Source of the DNA: Geosiphon pyriformis uo1
Taxonomy: Eukaryota; Fungi; Glomeromycota
Assembly: GCA_016748015.1 (NCBI GenBank)
Contig: JAAOMT010000657.1
Location: 496,001-560,000 of the forward strand
Length of the DNA stretch: 64,000 nt
Direction of reading: 5' to 3'
The notes under the pieces were generated by a model that saw nothing but the letters and a program-made list of their open reading frames with translations, was not told the origin of the DNA and ran no database searches. Shown here one piece after another: positions 35,982 to 49,170 of this stretch (its first letter is position 1; each line of letters begins with the position of its first letter). The translations under genes were made by a program, and so were the position numbers.

Positions 35982-38514
35982 TACTTTAATCTAATTTATT
36001 ATGTATCCTATTGTTATTTAAAAGACCAAAATCAATTATTATTCTATTAATCTTATCTTTATATATACTGTTAAAAAATTTTATAAACCAATTGCACATC
36101 TTAATCTGCTGCAAACTAGCTCTTAAGTAATGTTATCCAACTGAGTCATATGCTTTGTACATATTTTGTAGGACTAATTACAGTTTTCTATTTTTTTTTA
36201 AAGCATTTTTTACTATAAACCCAATAGTAAACACAAAAAACTGAATTAAAGTGTTTTTTAATATTAAAAAATTGTTATCCCAGAAAACACCAAACTTACT
36301 ATATACAAATAAAATCCAATTTGAAAGAACTTTAAAAAGAATTTTTTTGGCTGTTTTAATTAATACAATAGATTAAGTATTTGTTAAAACTTTGTCTCAA
36401 TTAAAGGCTTAGAGATTATCAAGATCTCTGTCTTTTTCCATAAAACAAGAACATTACTCAGAAATAAATATAGATTTAAAAGTTTCAAAAAACACTTTAC
36501 TATAGTATTACTGCTATGTTTTCAAAGTTTATTAAAGATATTAGATAGTTTAACAGCTTTGCTATTAAGCAGACCATTAATAACTACAATCAATTTTTCT
36601 ATACTAATTTTTTTTATTACTTTAGAAAAAACATTATTATTTATATAGTTTAATAATACATATTAACAAGTCCAAAAATCAGACATTCCTGTAGGCATAA
36701 CTTATTTTTTTGTCTAGTTTTCTATAATTTTGTTAACACTAAGCTTAATTTCTTCTAACTTCAAAACCAATTTACTTTCTACTACCAAGTAATTCAGAAC
36801 TACTTTGCAAAAAAACTAATCCAAAATACTACTTATTATATTTTCTTTATTAAAACAAAAACTTTCCATAAGTTTCTCAATTATCTTCTTGATTAATGTT
36901 TTTTTAGTTATTTTTGACTTATTAAGCTTGAACTTTCTGTACTTTTTTCAAACTGTTAACAATTATTTAAAAATATATATTAACTTATTACTATTTTGAA
37001 TTATATTCATGATCTTAACAGTTTCTTTGTTATGCAGAGACAACTATTTCTTAACAAAATAATCAAATTCAAACATGTTATTTGAGCTCAATTTCTTAAC
37101 AATTTTGGCAATTAGCATTTCAAATCCAAAATTTTTTGAAAACTGCCTATTTTTTGAACATTAAAATTTATTGAACCAAAGTTAAGAGAATATTTTATCA
37201 GCTAATTCTATTATTATTTTTCTTAATAACTCTTATATAACATCCAAATTTCTACAAACTTTAGCTTCTGAAAACTTATTTACTATTAATGAAAATTTAA
37301 CAAAAGAACACCCCTTAAATTATATCTATTTGGCATTATTTGCATTCTTGATTTTAAATTTCCAGTAATTTTTGTTAGTTTGCTTGTACATATTATTTAA
37401 ATGGATATTTAAAAGACCACTCAGATTAATTAAAACCAAAACTGTCTTGTAATTAGTATTAAAAAGTCAAAAATAAGGCCAATCTCATAATTAATTACTG
37501 TTAATAACAAATTTTTACTTACAAAAATATAATTTAAAGTCTTTTTAACACTTTTTGAATTGTTTTAAGTAAAAACTTTGACCAATAGATGCTTATCAAA
37601 TGAATTGACTAATTCTAAATCCAAATAAAACTTAAAACTTGCATTTTTCTTAAGTTTATTTTTATTGAAATTTCCATTTAAGACCACAAAAATGCTGAAG
37701 TTAACTGTCTTAGCAATGCAAAAATTAATTTCTGTAGTCTAACCAAATTTAATTTCAGCAGAAGCACCAGTATATAAACCCAAAATTATAACTGAAAGCT
37801 TGTTTTTAAGTAAAACTGTACTAAAATAATCTGATCAAAAACTTCTTTTATTTTAGAAACATGTTAAACCAGAAAATTGTTCATAATAATAGTCATACTA
37901 GTATCAAAAAAACTTCTATTCAAACCAGATGTGAAAATTTGCACTCCATTAAACTTATTCATAATTTATGATCTAACACTAAATCTTAACTTTATTTCTA
38001 TAACAATAGAAATCATATTACCTAAACTTTTATATCAATAAACAACTTTTTTTTGTTTTATAAAGACATTAATACTCCAAAAATTACACATAGTAAACTT
38101 CTACACTAAATCAGTTATTAAGACAATAAAAATATTAAAAAGTCTAAGCTAAAGCACAATTGATCCAACTTTATCAAAACTAAACTAACTAAAACTTTAA
38201 AAGCCACCATTTTTGATTCCAAGCCACTTATTTTAGTGATCAGAATTTTTGATCTACTTAAACTTAAATCTGACACCTTTTATTTACAACTAAAAAAAGA
38301 AAAACAAATAACACAAGTGAGTTATCCAAAACCATATTTAAATCCAAATTCAAATTCAATAATACAGACATAATAGAGGAAAAGAATTGAAAAATAAATA
38401 TTAAGGGTACCAGATTTACAAAGCTTAGTCTTAACACAATACTTGACACTTAATCTGCTAAAAGCTCTAAAGAATACTTTAAAAATACCAAGTAAGCACT
38501 AATGAATAAAATAT
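35982..38514 (-). mobile_element. Heavily mutated LINE relic (end of ORF1, APE and start of RT), left of the Gypsy insertion
   Basis: KAYDSVG*HYLRASLQQIKMCNWFIKFF (~36070-36160), LSVIILGLYTGASA (~37760-37800) and YSLELLAD*V (~38450-38480). Confidence 0.88.
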
Positions 38515-39150
38515 TGTTATGGGTTGGAGTAACAAGCTAACAGCAAGAGAGAACAGGATTGTAGGGTAATGGAAATAATCAAAGAAAATTCAACTTCAAA
38601 GAGCAAATTGAATAAGTATGGATTCAATGTGTGAGATCAGTCTCATGAAATATCTCAGTCACTATTCTTTTCAAAAGGTAACTGGAGAATCTGAAGGTAG
38701 AGAGATAGTCCGTACTGTCAACAAATGATCACACTTGGTATAATTCTATGCCTCATATTAGCACTCTTAAAATTCAATATCAAGTATCAGATGTGCTCTT
38801 CAGTCATGTTTTATTCAATAATTTTCAAATGTTATACTTATACATTTTAGGAAAAGGGTAAAAATTAACCAACAAGTAATCTTTTATTCCAAGATGTTCA
38901 GATACTTGAAGGTAAGAAAAGGGAAATTAGCAATAAGAAAATGATTGAAATGAAAGTTGTTATTTTATTTATTCTTGATTATTTTGAACATGCTTTTCTA
39001 TAGCTAAGAGATTTATTGCTTATATAGCTGTCAAAAGTGGTCAATAATCAGATTAATAATCACTATCTAAAAATAGTATAGCTAATTTATATGACATCAA
39101 TGGCTAATACATGTGATAATTAATAAGAAGTATAAGTTTCAACTGTAATA
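38515..39150 (-). repeat. Gypsy 3' LTR (636 bp)
   Basis: Direct repeat of 45547-46292; polypurine tract GGAGAGGATAA (minus strand) adjoins at 39151-39161. Confidence 0.95.
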
Positions 39151-39776
39151 TTATCCTCTCCAAAAAGATTGAGCTCTGGCAAAATCAAGCTATTTATGGG
39201 GTAATCTATTTGAAGAGTTTTATCTAACTCAAAGCTAACTAGTTTGTTGAAGTTTTTTGTAGATAAAGTATATAACACTTGAGGCAAAATGAGTTTTGTA
39301 TCCAAAAGACCAAATCTTTGTATTAGAGTTTTAGCTCTTTTAGCAATAGTTAAAACTTTTGAGACATCTAACTGTATAATGTCCAAAATTTCTGTCTGTA
39401 TCTCTGAAGTTGTTTTCTTCATAAGTTTCATATTCTTTATAATTTCACCAAGACAACTATAGAGTTTTAATTGTTTTCTATATGACAAGTTTTTGTCTAT
39501 GGATAAGATTTCTTGGAGTGTTTTTTCAATTGTGTTGGAAGGTGGAAGTATAGCTGCTGTTATACTTTCTAACAGATATTTATCCATTTTACTACCAATT
39601 TTTTCTCTTCTAGTAGTAGTTTTCTTTGGTCTAATAACAATATGTGTTCCACTGTTATTAGTTATGGTGGTTTGTTTTCCAATAGTCAGAGTAGCATTTG
39701 GATAGTTTTTGATCCAATACTCATAAAGAGTATAAAAGACATTTTGAATGTTTTGATCCAGAAAATAATTGTTCAT
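39120..39776 (-). CDS. Extra intact ORF (218 aa from ATG) between integrase and 3' LTR; unknown function
   Basis: Uninterrupted frame (open from 39872) crossing the PPT and stopping ~30 nt inside the LTR; no signal peptide or TM segment. Confidence 0.6.
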   Translation of the reverse strand: MNNYFLDQNIQNVFYTLYEYWIKNYPNATLTIGKQTTITNNSGTHIVIRPKKTTTRREKIGSKMDKYLLESITAAILPPSNTIEKTLQEILSIDKNLSYRKQLKLYSCLGEIIKNMKLMKKTTSEIQTEILDIIQLDVSKVLTIAKRAKTLIQRFGLLDTKLILPQVLYTLSTKNFNKLVSFELDKTLQIDYPINSLILPELNLFGEDNITVETYTSY

Positions 39777-39849
39777 GTCAATTGAAGATATCTCTGTTTT
39801 GGGAATGGTACATTTATTTATACTTGATTTTTGCTGATCATTTGAGTTG

Positions 39850-42800
39850 GTATTACCACAACAGACAGCCAATCAAGTCGTTTATGATATTTTTTGAGTC
39901 ATATACTGTAAACAGAATGATTATTAAAAATTGTTCTGGATTAATCTTGAAGAATATAAGAACCATTGTTCAAAACTTTGTTAACTATAAAGGATTCTTT
40001 CCACTGGCTAGAAAATTTATTACCATAGACATTGTCTCTGTTTGAATGATATTCTAATACCAAGTTACCAACACTTAAAGAAAGTGTTTTATAGGTTTTC
40101 TTTTTCTTAAGCTTTTCTTAAAACTGTTTTATTTTTTCAAAAGCAATTATTTGTGCTTCTAACAAGAAGTCAAGAATAATACCAAGTCTTTTTTGCAAAA
40201 TGTCTTTGTAATTTCTTATTGTGATCTTTTCAAAGGGTATTGTTTCAATGTCAGTTTCTATTGGTAGTGTTGTCATGCGTCCATAGAACAGATAAAAAGG
40301 TTCATAACTTGTTATGTCATGATTCACAATTCTATAAGCAAACAAAGCTGAAAGCAGTACTTTGTCTCATAAGTTTGTTTCTTTACTGGTTTTGGCTAGG
40401 TTTTCACATAGTGTTCTAATAAAACGTTCTACTAGGCCATTTTTTTGGGAGTGATAAGGGGAAAAAAGTTTATAACATATTCACATTTTTCTACAAAGTT
40501 TTTCAACCAGTATACTGAGAAAAGCTCTTCCTCTATTAGATAAAAGTTCTTTGGGGCAGCCATGACAGCAGATGATATTTTCATAAATAAAATTGGTTAT
40601 TGAGACTGCTGTTTGGTCTGGAGTGGCTTTTGCTTCTACCCACTTTGTAAGATAGTCAGTAGCTATAATAATGTATTTATTGCCATTAAAAGTTATTGTT
40701 AAAGGTCCAACAACATTTATACCAATTCTGTCAAATGGTTGATCAACAGAGATTGAATGAATATCTTCTTTGCAATTGGGTTTGCTTTTTCTTTGGCAGA
40801 TGTTACAGGTTTTAATGTATTCAGCAATGTTTTTTCTCAAGATAGACTAATAATAGTGAGCTAAAGTTTTCTGAATTGTCTTTGTTTTTCCAAAGTATTC
40901 AGTTAATGGGTCAGTATGCATGTTATATATTACAATTTCTTTTTCTTCAAATCTAATAACTCTTTGGGAGTAGTCAGGATCTTTTTTGTTTCTTTTGTAT
41001 AATTGGTTCTGATAGATCAAATAGAAATTTAATTGTTTATACAAATGTTCTCTTTGCTGTCAAGTGTATTTTGATAGGTATTGTCTTTTACCCAAAAATT
41101 TTATTAAGGCAAAGTAGTTGTTCAAGTCTATTATCGTGTTTGTTTGTGAAAAAGTTACTAATAATTAAGTTGGTTTGGTTTGAGAGATTGTACTATTACT
41201 GGATGGTAAGTTTAGAAAGAGTGTTAGCATTTTGATGATTTGCTCTTTTGTAGTATTGAATATCATAGTCAAATTCATCCAAGTGAAATATTCAATGAGT
41301 TATTTATTTGTGTTCCAGCTTTTTTTTATTGCACAGCCAAACCAAGGCTTGATGATTTATTACTACTAAGAATTTTGCACCAAGAAAATATTGATCCCAG
41401 TAGCTAGTAGCCCAAACTACTGCTAAATATTCTTGTTCAATAACTGAATAGTTTTTTTCTGCTGGTGTGAAAGATCTACTGGCATATACTATGGCATGTT
41501 TTCTGACATTTTCATCTTTCTGTGAAAGAACAGCACCAAATCCATAGCCAGATATATTAGTGTGGAGAATAAAAGATTGATCCAGATCTGGTTGCTTGAG
41601 AATTGGTTTAGTAACAAGTTTTTTTTTCAGAATTTCAAAAGCTTTTTGTTAATAAGTGCCTCAGTAATAATTCACATTTTTCTTGAGTAGTTAATTAAGA
41701 GAAAAGACAATTTTAAAGAAATTCTTGATAAATTTGCAATAGTAAGAAATCAAACCAAGGAAAAAGCATAGTTCAAGAACATTCATTGGTTGTTTAATGT
41801 TTTAAACTTTTTCAACTTTAGCTGGGTCAGAGAAGATTCCATCTTTTGTAATAAGATGACCAAGGAATTGGGTGAATTGGCATCCAAAGAAAAATTTGAT
41901 TGGGTTGATCTTAAGGCCAGCATTTCTGAGCAGATCAAAAACCTTCTGTAAATGTTCAAGGTGTTCATCTCAGGTTTTTGAATATACTATTATGTCATCC
42001 AAGTAAACCAGAACAAAGTTTTTTTTTACTGATTCAAACACTTTATCTATTAGATGTTGAAAGGTGGAAGGAGTATTAGTAAGACCAAAAAACATGACTG
42101 TGAATTCATAGGTGCCATACTTGGTGATGAAAGCAGTTTTCTTTCTGCTTTCTGAATCCATCTCTACTTGCCAGAATTCAGCAGTTAAGTTAATGGTTAA
42201 GAAGAAAGCAGCACTATTGAATTTATCTAGCATTGTATTAATTTTGGGGAGTGGGTACATGTCTCTTATAATAATGACATTTAGATGACAGTAGTCAACA
42301 CAAAAGTGTAGGGTTCTATCTTTCTTGAATACCACTACAACTGGAAAAGCCCATTCACTCTTGGTTTTTTGTATGAATCCAAAATCTTTTATCCAGTTTA
42401 TCTCTTTCTTGATAAACTTATTATTGCATCAATTGGATTGATAAGGCTTCAAATAGATGAGGCAAGTTTCTTTTGTGGTAATGGTGTGTTGTATTACATG
42501 AGTTCATGCAGGAGTATCATCTTCTTTTGAAATAACTGGGCTATTTTTAGCCAACAGATTTTCAATGTCCACTTTTTTTTCTTTAGGAGAAGGTTTTCTT
42601 TGTTCTACAACTAATGATTGGATTTCAGGTGGTTCATTCTCAAAGGACTTTTGTACTTCTTTAAGTTCTTCTTAAGGTATCAAGCTAATTGGTTCTCAAT
42701 TTTTGTAATAGATCAGACAGGATTTGCATTCATCACTTGGTAAATACAAAAGTTTATTACATCAGCACCATGCACAAGAGTCATACCACCAATAACTGTA

Positions 42801-45480
42801 TTTGGCTTTTTTGCCAGGCTTTCTGTCAAAGGTTTTTCTGAAGATATCATAGTAGAGCCAGCAGATTAGCTTGCCATTCACCATGATTCTTTCTTTGTCA
42901 GCTTTAACATTGTCTAGAGACTTGTCATTGCTAGTAAAAATGGTATAGGCAAGTTCAGCAGTTTCTTTTTGTTCTTCTTGATTTTCATCATCATTGCTCT
43001 CATTATCATTTAATTTATTTGATTGTTCTTCTTCTTGGTTCTGTCGGGTTACTGAAAAAGTTGTCCAATGACAGCACTTAACCACAATAGGTTTCTCACT
43101 ATATCTGATGGTTAGTTCACAGAGTTCATAATCAAGCAAGGCTTTTGCTTTCTTAAATTACTTATTACTAACAATAATAGTATACTCTTTTGCTTTAGAT
43201 ACTTCCATGTTAGTTTCAATGCTAATGCTATTGATTCAAACAGAAACAGCTTTAGTTATGTCCAGATTTTTCTTTTTGTCACCATGTATATTGGTCATTG
43301 GTCTTGTAGACAGTTCATCAATTTTTCTGCCAATTGCTTCTAAAAAGTGTTTGGCAATAACACTAACAAATGATCTACTGTCCAGGATCAAATCAATAAA
43401 GTAGCCAGCCACTTGGGCTTTGCAAATCAAAGAAGTGACATTGCTGTTGTCAGCAAGTCCAGCTTAATAAGAGTGTTTATTGGTTTTTGGTGTCTTTTTC
43501 TTTGATATTAATGATTTGCAAAGGTTTTTTCTGAATTGGGAATGGGTCATTAACTGGCCAAAGATAATGTAAGCAGGAGTTTTCATGAGATCTTTAACAA
43601 CAGAATATGGTCCAGATTTTTGTACAATTTTTGGAGGCTTCAACTTTGGAGAATTTTTAAAAACTTTAGCTTTTGGTAGCTCATTGTTATCAACAGTTAA
43701 TATGGAGACTTTTTTTAGATCTATAATGAAATCAATCTTGGCTTTCTTCTTCTTTCTTGTTGGTTTAGAAGTGTTGATTGCTAATTCATCCATGTTATAG
43801 TCATCATTAGTTAGGTTAAAAGCATAAAAAAGGTTTTCTTCTGGTTGGCTTGCACTTTTACCCTTTGGAGATGTGCCTACCAGTTTAAAGGCTGATAAAC
43901 AGTGGCTTCTATTAGGGGATCCTCTCCAAAGAAATTGATGTTAGCATGATTGAGTCTTTAATTGAGAACATTATTATTGTTGGGTCTGTTATTCTGAATG
44001 TTATTATTTCTAGGAGCTGGAGGTGACAATGGAGGATTGTTACAGTCTCTTAAGAAGTATCTAGTTAGTTCAAAGTGATAACACACAAATGAGCCACGAT
44101 TTTGCTGTCTTTAATATAGTGGTTGTTGGGGCTAATTGAAGCGGGGTTCAAATCTGGGTCTTTGGAGTTGTTGATTTTCTCTAACTGCTTGGGCCAAAGA
44201 TTCCAGTAGCCAGGCAAGATTAGCTGTGAGTCTATCTATTAACTGTTCATTTGGGTCTTAAGTTTGGACAGCAAAAGAGGCAGTAGCCATTTGTGGAGCT
44301 AGAACTATGGCAGAAACAGGAGCAAAAACTGGAAGTGTGGATCTCAAATGCATCCTTTGGTTATCTTCAATTTTTTGTGCCAGTTCAATAGCCATGTCTA
44401 TTGTTGAGTTATCTTTTAAAGCCAAAAGAGGCCAAAAAGCATACAATAAATTAGTTTTTAATCTTTTTGTAAAAGAATGGATCTTTTGCTCTTTTGTTCA
44501 GTTTCTCCCAAAGTTTACACATTTGATTATCTTTCTAATAGCTTTGGCATATTTAGTCACTACTTCTCCAAGGCCTTGGGTTCTTCTTTTTAATTCCATG
44601 TGCCATTTGGATATTAATATTGGGGTTCTAAACTTGGTCTCAAACCAGGTAGTAAAAAAGGTATTTTCTTCTCTAGTATTGGTTAGTATCCATCTGATTA
44701 TTCGGTGTTGAGCATTGGCATCTGTTTCTTGTAAGAACCAGGTAGCAAAAAAGCCTTGGAAATAGCCACCAATGATTTGGAACTTGTATTTTTCATTATA
44801 CTGGTTGGCTGTGGCAGCTCTCTCAAAATCATCCAACTATTCAATTAGATTTTGTGCATTACCTCTAAATAGTGGTAGTGGGGTATTGTTTCTTCTTTCT
44901 AAAGCAGTTTGTATATCTTAGAGAATGGCCAGAATGTTTGCTTGTATGGGATCATTAGCCATTGGTTTAGGGATAACTGTTTGTGTAGATGAGTTTGATT
45001 TGCTTAATAAAAGATCAAAAACAGAGACAGTTTAGTAGCTTTCTTCTTCTGTTTCAAAGGGAGTTTTAGTTGCTTGATGAACAGCAATCCAAATGTGAAT
45101 TTGATGATTCAGATATTCGAAATTAGGGGGCTGTTGCTTGATGAACAGCAATCCAAATGTGAATTTGATAATTCAGATATTCGAAATTAGGGGGCTGTTG
45201 TTTAAAGATTGTAGAATACAAGAGCTGATTGATACTGTTGTTTCTTTCTTCAAAGTTGTCTTCAAAATAAGCTTGGTCAAAGTGATAGATTGTATAAGCT
45301 GTGTAGGTTTCAGCTGAATGCTTGTTCAGGAACCAGTTCCAAAAGTCTTGAAATTGTCTGCTGGATTGTTCTTTAATGGAGAAGCAAATCAAGCAGGAGG
45401 ACAAAAAATTAAGTTCAATAAAGTTTAGATTGTTTTTGTTGTGTGCTTTAAAGTGTTCTTCTGATTGTTATAGCAGGTAT
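39850..45480 (-). pseudogene. Gypsy gag-pol, disrupted
   Basis: Fragments 44498-44836 (capsid), 43236-43430 (protease), 41970-42335 (RT) and 40481-41044 (integrase). Many premature stops; a 64-bp duplication at ~45069-45200 frameshifts the gag N-terminus. Confidence 0.92.
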
Positions 45481-45522
45481 AAATAATTATCTATACAATA
45501 GGAAACAAGATAAAATTTGACA

Positions 45523-45540
45523 ACCTTACAGGAAGCACCA
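45523..45540 (-). promoter_or_regulatory. Primer-binding site TGGTGCTTCCTGTAAGGT (tRNA-Ile-like)
   Basis: Starts with TGG 6 nt after the 5' LTR; the tRNA identity is tentative. Confidence 0.75.
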
Positions 45541-45546
45541 CTTTTA

Positions 45547-46292
45547 TGTTATGAGTTGGAGTAACAAGCTAACAGATAGCAAGGAAGAACAGGATTATAG
45601 GGTAATGGAAATAATCAAAGAGAATTTAACTTTAAAGAGCAAATTGAATAAGTATGGATTCAATGTGCGAGATTAGTTTCATAAAATATCTTAGTCACTA
45701 TTCTTTTCAAAAGGAAACTGGGGAATTTGAAGATAGAAGAATAGTCTGTACTGTCAACAAATGATCACACTTGGTATAATTCTATGCCTCACATCAGCAT
45801 TCTTAAAATTCAATATCAAGTATCAGATGTGCTCTTTAGTCATGTTTTATTCAATAATTTTCAAATACTATACTTATACATTTTAGGAAAAGGGTAAAAA
45901 TTAACCAACAAGTAATCTTTTATCCCAAGATGTTCAGATACTTAAAGGTAGGAAAAAGGAAATTAGCAATAGAGAATGATTGAAATGAAAGTTGTTATTT
46001 TATTTATTCTTGATTATTTTGAACATGCTTTCTACAGCTAAAAGATTTATTGCTTATATAGCTGTCAAAAGTGATCTATAATTAGGTCAACAACTAGGTC
46101 AATGATCAAGTCAATGGTTAGGGCAATGATTAAGTCATTGATCAGGTCAATGATCAGGTCAATAATTAGGTCAATGGTCAGGTTATTGATCAGATCAATG
46201 ATTACTATCTAAAAATAGTGTGGCTAATTTATATGACATCAGTGGTTAATACATGTAATAATTAATAAGAAGTATAAGTTTCAACTTTAACA
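45547..46292 (-). repeat. Gypsy 5' LTR (746 bp) with 11 x 12-bp GGTCAATGATCA array
   Basis: TGTTA...TAACA termini; direct repeat of 38515-39150; array at 46073-46204. Confidence 0.95.
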
Positions 46293-47850
46293 ATATTTTG
46301 AACAACTAAAAAACTTTTTTTAACATGTAAAGCACCAAAAAAAGAGAATTTAGAATCAAAACTAGAGTGAACATCATTAAAAAAGACAGTAAACAAAGCT
46401 ATCTAAACTCAAAATTTGCCATTGAATATAACAAGATAAAAAATAGGAATACTTTTTTTAAAATATAATCTTGCTAATTAAAGACAATTTTTTTTGAAAC
46501 AACTCTTTTATAAATTTTTTTAGAAGACAAAACAAATATGCTTGATGTATCATACTTCAAAACTGAATGTCCAAAATGTCTGTATTTTTTACAATAAACC
46601 AAATCTAACTTAGTCCAAAAGAGTTTTATATTACCAAAAATTGGCTTTGTGTGAAAAGCAGTCTCAAGTTTTTTACTTATTTTAAAACTAATCATAGCAT
46701 AATGAATTTTATTGTCAGTATTAAATGATTAGTTAATAATACAAGTTTTTTACCAGTTTTCTTTAATAAAGCACCAAAATCATAAACTATTGTTTTTATA
46801 GGCAAAATAAACAGAAATACTCTAAACTGATTTCTTAACTTCCAAGTTTTGTGATTTCCTATGGTCTTTGTCATATGTACTAATTTTTTCCAATTAAAAA
46901 TGACCACTTTGTTGTCAATTAATTTGCTTGAACTAATTTGGCAAATTTTACTACAGTCTTTTGTTATAGCCTAATTGGTTGTAATTAGATTAATACTATC
47001 TAATTATACTTGGCTATTGTAGCAATAATTATTTTTTTTGGTATATTTATAAGAATTTTCTTGATTATTACAGTCTAATCTGACTTGATTTTTTGTTTTT
47101 TGACATTATTGTTTATAACAATTCTTTTTTCTTTAGCCAATAATATAGTTTTTTCTATGCTTTTTTCTAAAATAAATATAGATTTAATGATTTCTTTAAA
47201 TTTTAAAGAAATAGTGGTCTTTTCAAAACTATTAATTGATAAAAATAACTTTTTGATTGTTTGTATTTTAGCCATTGCTGATTTGCTCTTCATAGCTAAT
47301 AAATTAATATCCAAAATAAAAATTTTTTTAATGGTTACTTCAATTGTAGTCTTTATTATCTTAGAATTAAACTATTTTTTATTCAAAAAAATGTTGAAAA
47401 GAGGCAAAAAAAAATTAACTTTTTTTTTCATATCAAATTTAAAAAAATCTAGAAGAAATCTATAATTTATACTACTAATTACTTTTTTGGCTTTAAAAAA
47501 GATCTATTATTAATGTCTTTTATAATAATACTGTTTTTATTACTATTAGACTTACTGTTTAAATTTGAGTAAACACTAATAGAACCAAACTTAAACAAAG
47601 ATATATTTTTTTTTATCATCAGAGTGTTTAATATTGTCAAAAACTACTCTTTTTTTTAAGCAAAAAAACCACCAGTAAAACCATAAAAAGCTTTTTTAAG
47701 CACTTTTTTCTTAAATATATTATTATTTGAAACAGTTTTCAAATTCATAACAAAAAAATTATTAAGTTGAGAAATATTAAATAAAAAAAATAAGAGAAAA
47801 CAAAAAACTTTTTTTTTGAAAATATGCTTTTTGAAGAATATAAAATATAG
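46293..47850 (-). mobile_element. 5' part (UTR and ORF1) of the LINE relic interrupted by the Gypsy
   Basis: KTWKLRNQFRVFLFILPIKTIVYDFG, YCKKYRHFGHSVLKY and KKLFLSINSFEKTTISLKFKEIIKS are ORF1-homologous and continue at 38514 across the insertion. Confidence 0.87.
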
Positions 47851-48004
47851 AAGAAAAAAAAGTTTTTATTTTTTATAATTTAATTTATTAAAATTTTAAA
47901 AGCATTATGTTAATTATAAAATAGTTTCTAAAAACTTATTATTTTTATTATTGTTAATTATAATTTATTATTTTATGTTCTATATTTTTTATATTATTTA
48001 GTAT

Positions 48005-49170
48005 TTTTATTTATTTATTTAATAAGTAAGACTCAAATACTATCTAGTACAATAGATCAAACTAAGTAATCTAAACTAGGCACAAATTATGTTTTTTTTA
48101 CATATAACTAGTCACTTGGGCCAATCAAAACAATATTATAAATCTATCTTAATAGTAACTACACTATTTGTACCAGAAAAAAATAACAAAATTTATGAAA
48201 ACCAAAGCTTATATCATGTGTTTCCACAATTTTAAGCAACCTTATCACATTATCAGAAAACAGAAATAAGAAACCATAAATCTTCAAAGACACAGACCTA
48301 TCATTAGTAATCATACCTCTTTTTTCCATAAATGCTCTATGCTTAGCTTTTATTAATCATATCTCAATCTAATAACTCATATCCAAACTTCACACCAAAT
48401 TGACAACTTTTTTACAAACTGATCTAATACAACCAAAAACAGAAACAGCTTCTAAATATTAATTCTTAAACACAAAACTCTTGTACAAAGCAGTATACAT
48501 AGCATTATTGGAAGAATACAGGAAAAAAAATTGCAGAATACATGATAATGACAAGCCTAAGTCTAATCTGGAACTCCACCAAACTGAGTGCAAATTAAGC
48601 AGTTTTTTGCAGATGGTAAAGTTCATTGGACAAATAAATAAGTAATTAGGAAGTTTCACTTCTCTACAAAGCAGACACAATATGCTGAAGTATCTCTTAT
48701 TATACAAATACTTCTTAATGACAACAAACAACTGGTAATACAAAGCCTTTATAAAGTATAAGCACAGACTTATAATAAGCCTACTTATAAACTTGAATGC
48801 CATATACAAGTCAAAATGCCAAACTAAAAATATTTGAGACCAATCTACATTCTTAATTATATCTTTACCAATAATGTTAGAATCAGATCCAACCTCTTAT
48901 TAAGCACACAGAACTGCTTTAAAAACATCATGAGTAAAATAGTGAACATTCTTAAACACTAGTATCCTACTGGCTTTAATAAACTTTTCTTTAATAAGAA
49001 CAAAAAATTTTAAATTAGAATGTAAAGCCAAGTTAGCCAGCATGTTAACTTAGCCATTACTTAAGACATCCAAGTGGTTCTTAACTTTAATTTAGGAGAT
49101 ATTAAGTTTTTTATGCTTAATAAAATTAGCAATATTATGTCTTTCAAGTCAACAGTGATTATGAAGTATT
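48005..49170 (-). mobile_element. Mutated 3' LINE fragment, sister copy of 24270-25350
   Basis: Colinear with the 24.3-25.3 kb copy over ~1 kb; YFIKALYYQLFVVIKKYLYNKRYFSILCLLC. Confidence 0.9.

Larger units (their letters stand above)
38515..46292 (-). mobile_element. Complete but mutated Ty3/Gypsy LTR retrotransposon nested in LINE ORF1
   Basis: Two LTRs, ATAT on both flanks (4-bp TSD), PBS and PPT. Order is gag (LDDFERAATAN, decayed zinc knuckle), protease (LILDS), RT (FCVDY, YLDD), RNase H, integrase (DYLTKWVEA), which is the Gypsy domain order. Confidence 0.96.

Noticed and set aside
45123-45404. Separate ORF0 upstream of Gypsy gag
   Set aside because: Removing the 64-bp duplication joins it to gag, so it is a frameshifted N-terminal extension.
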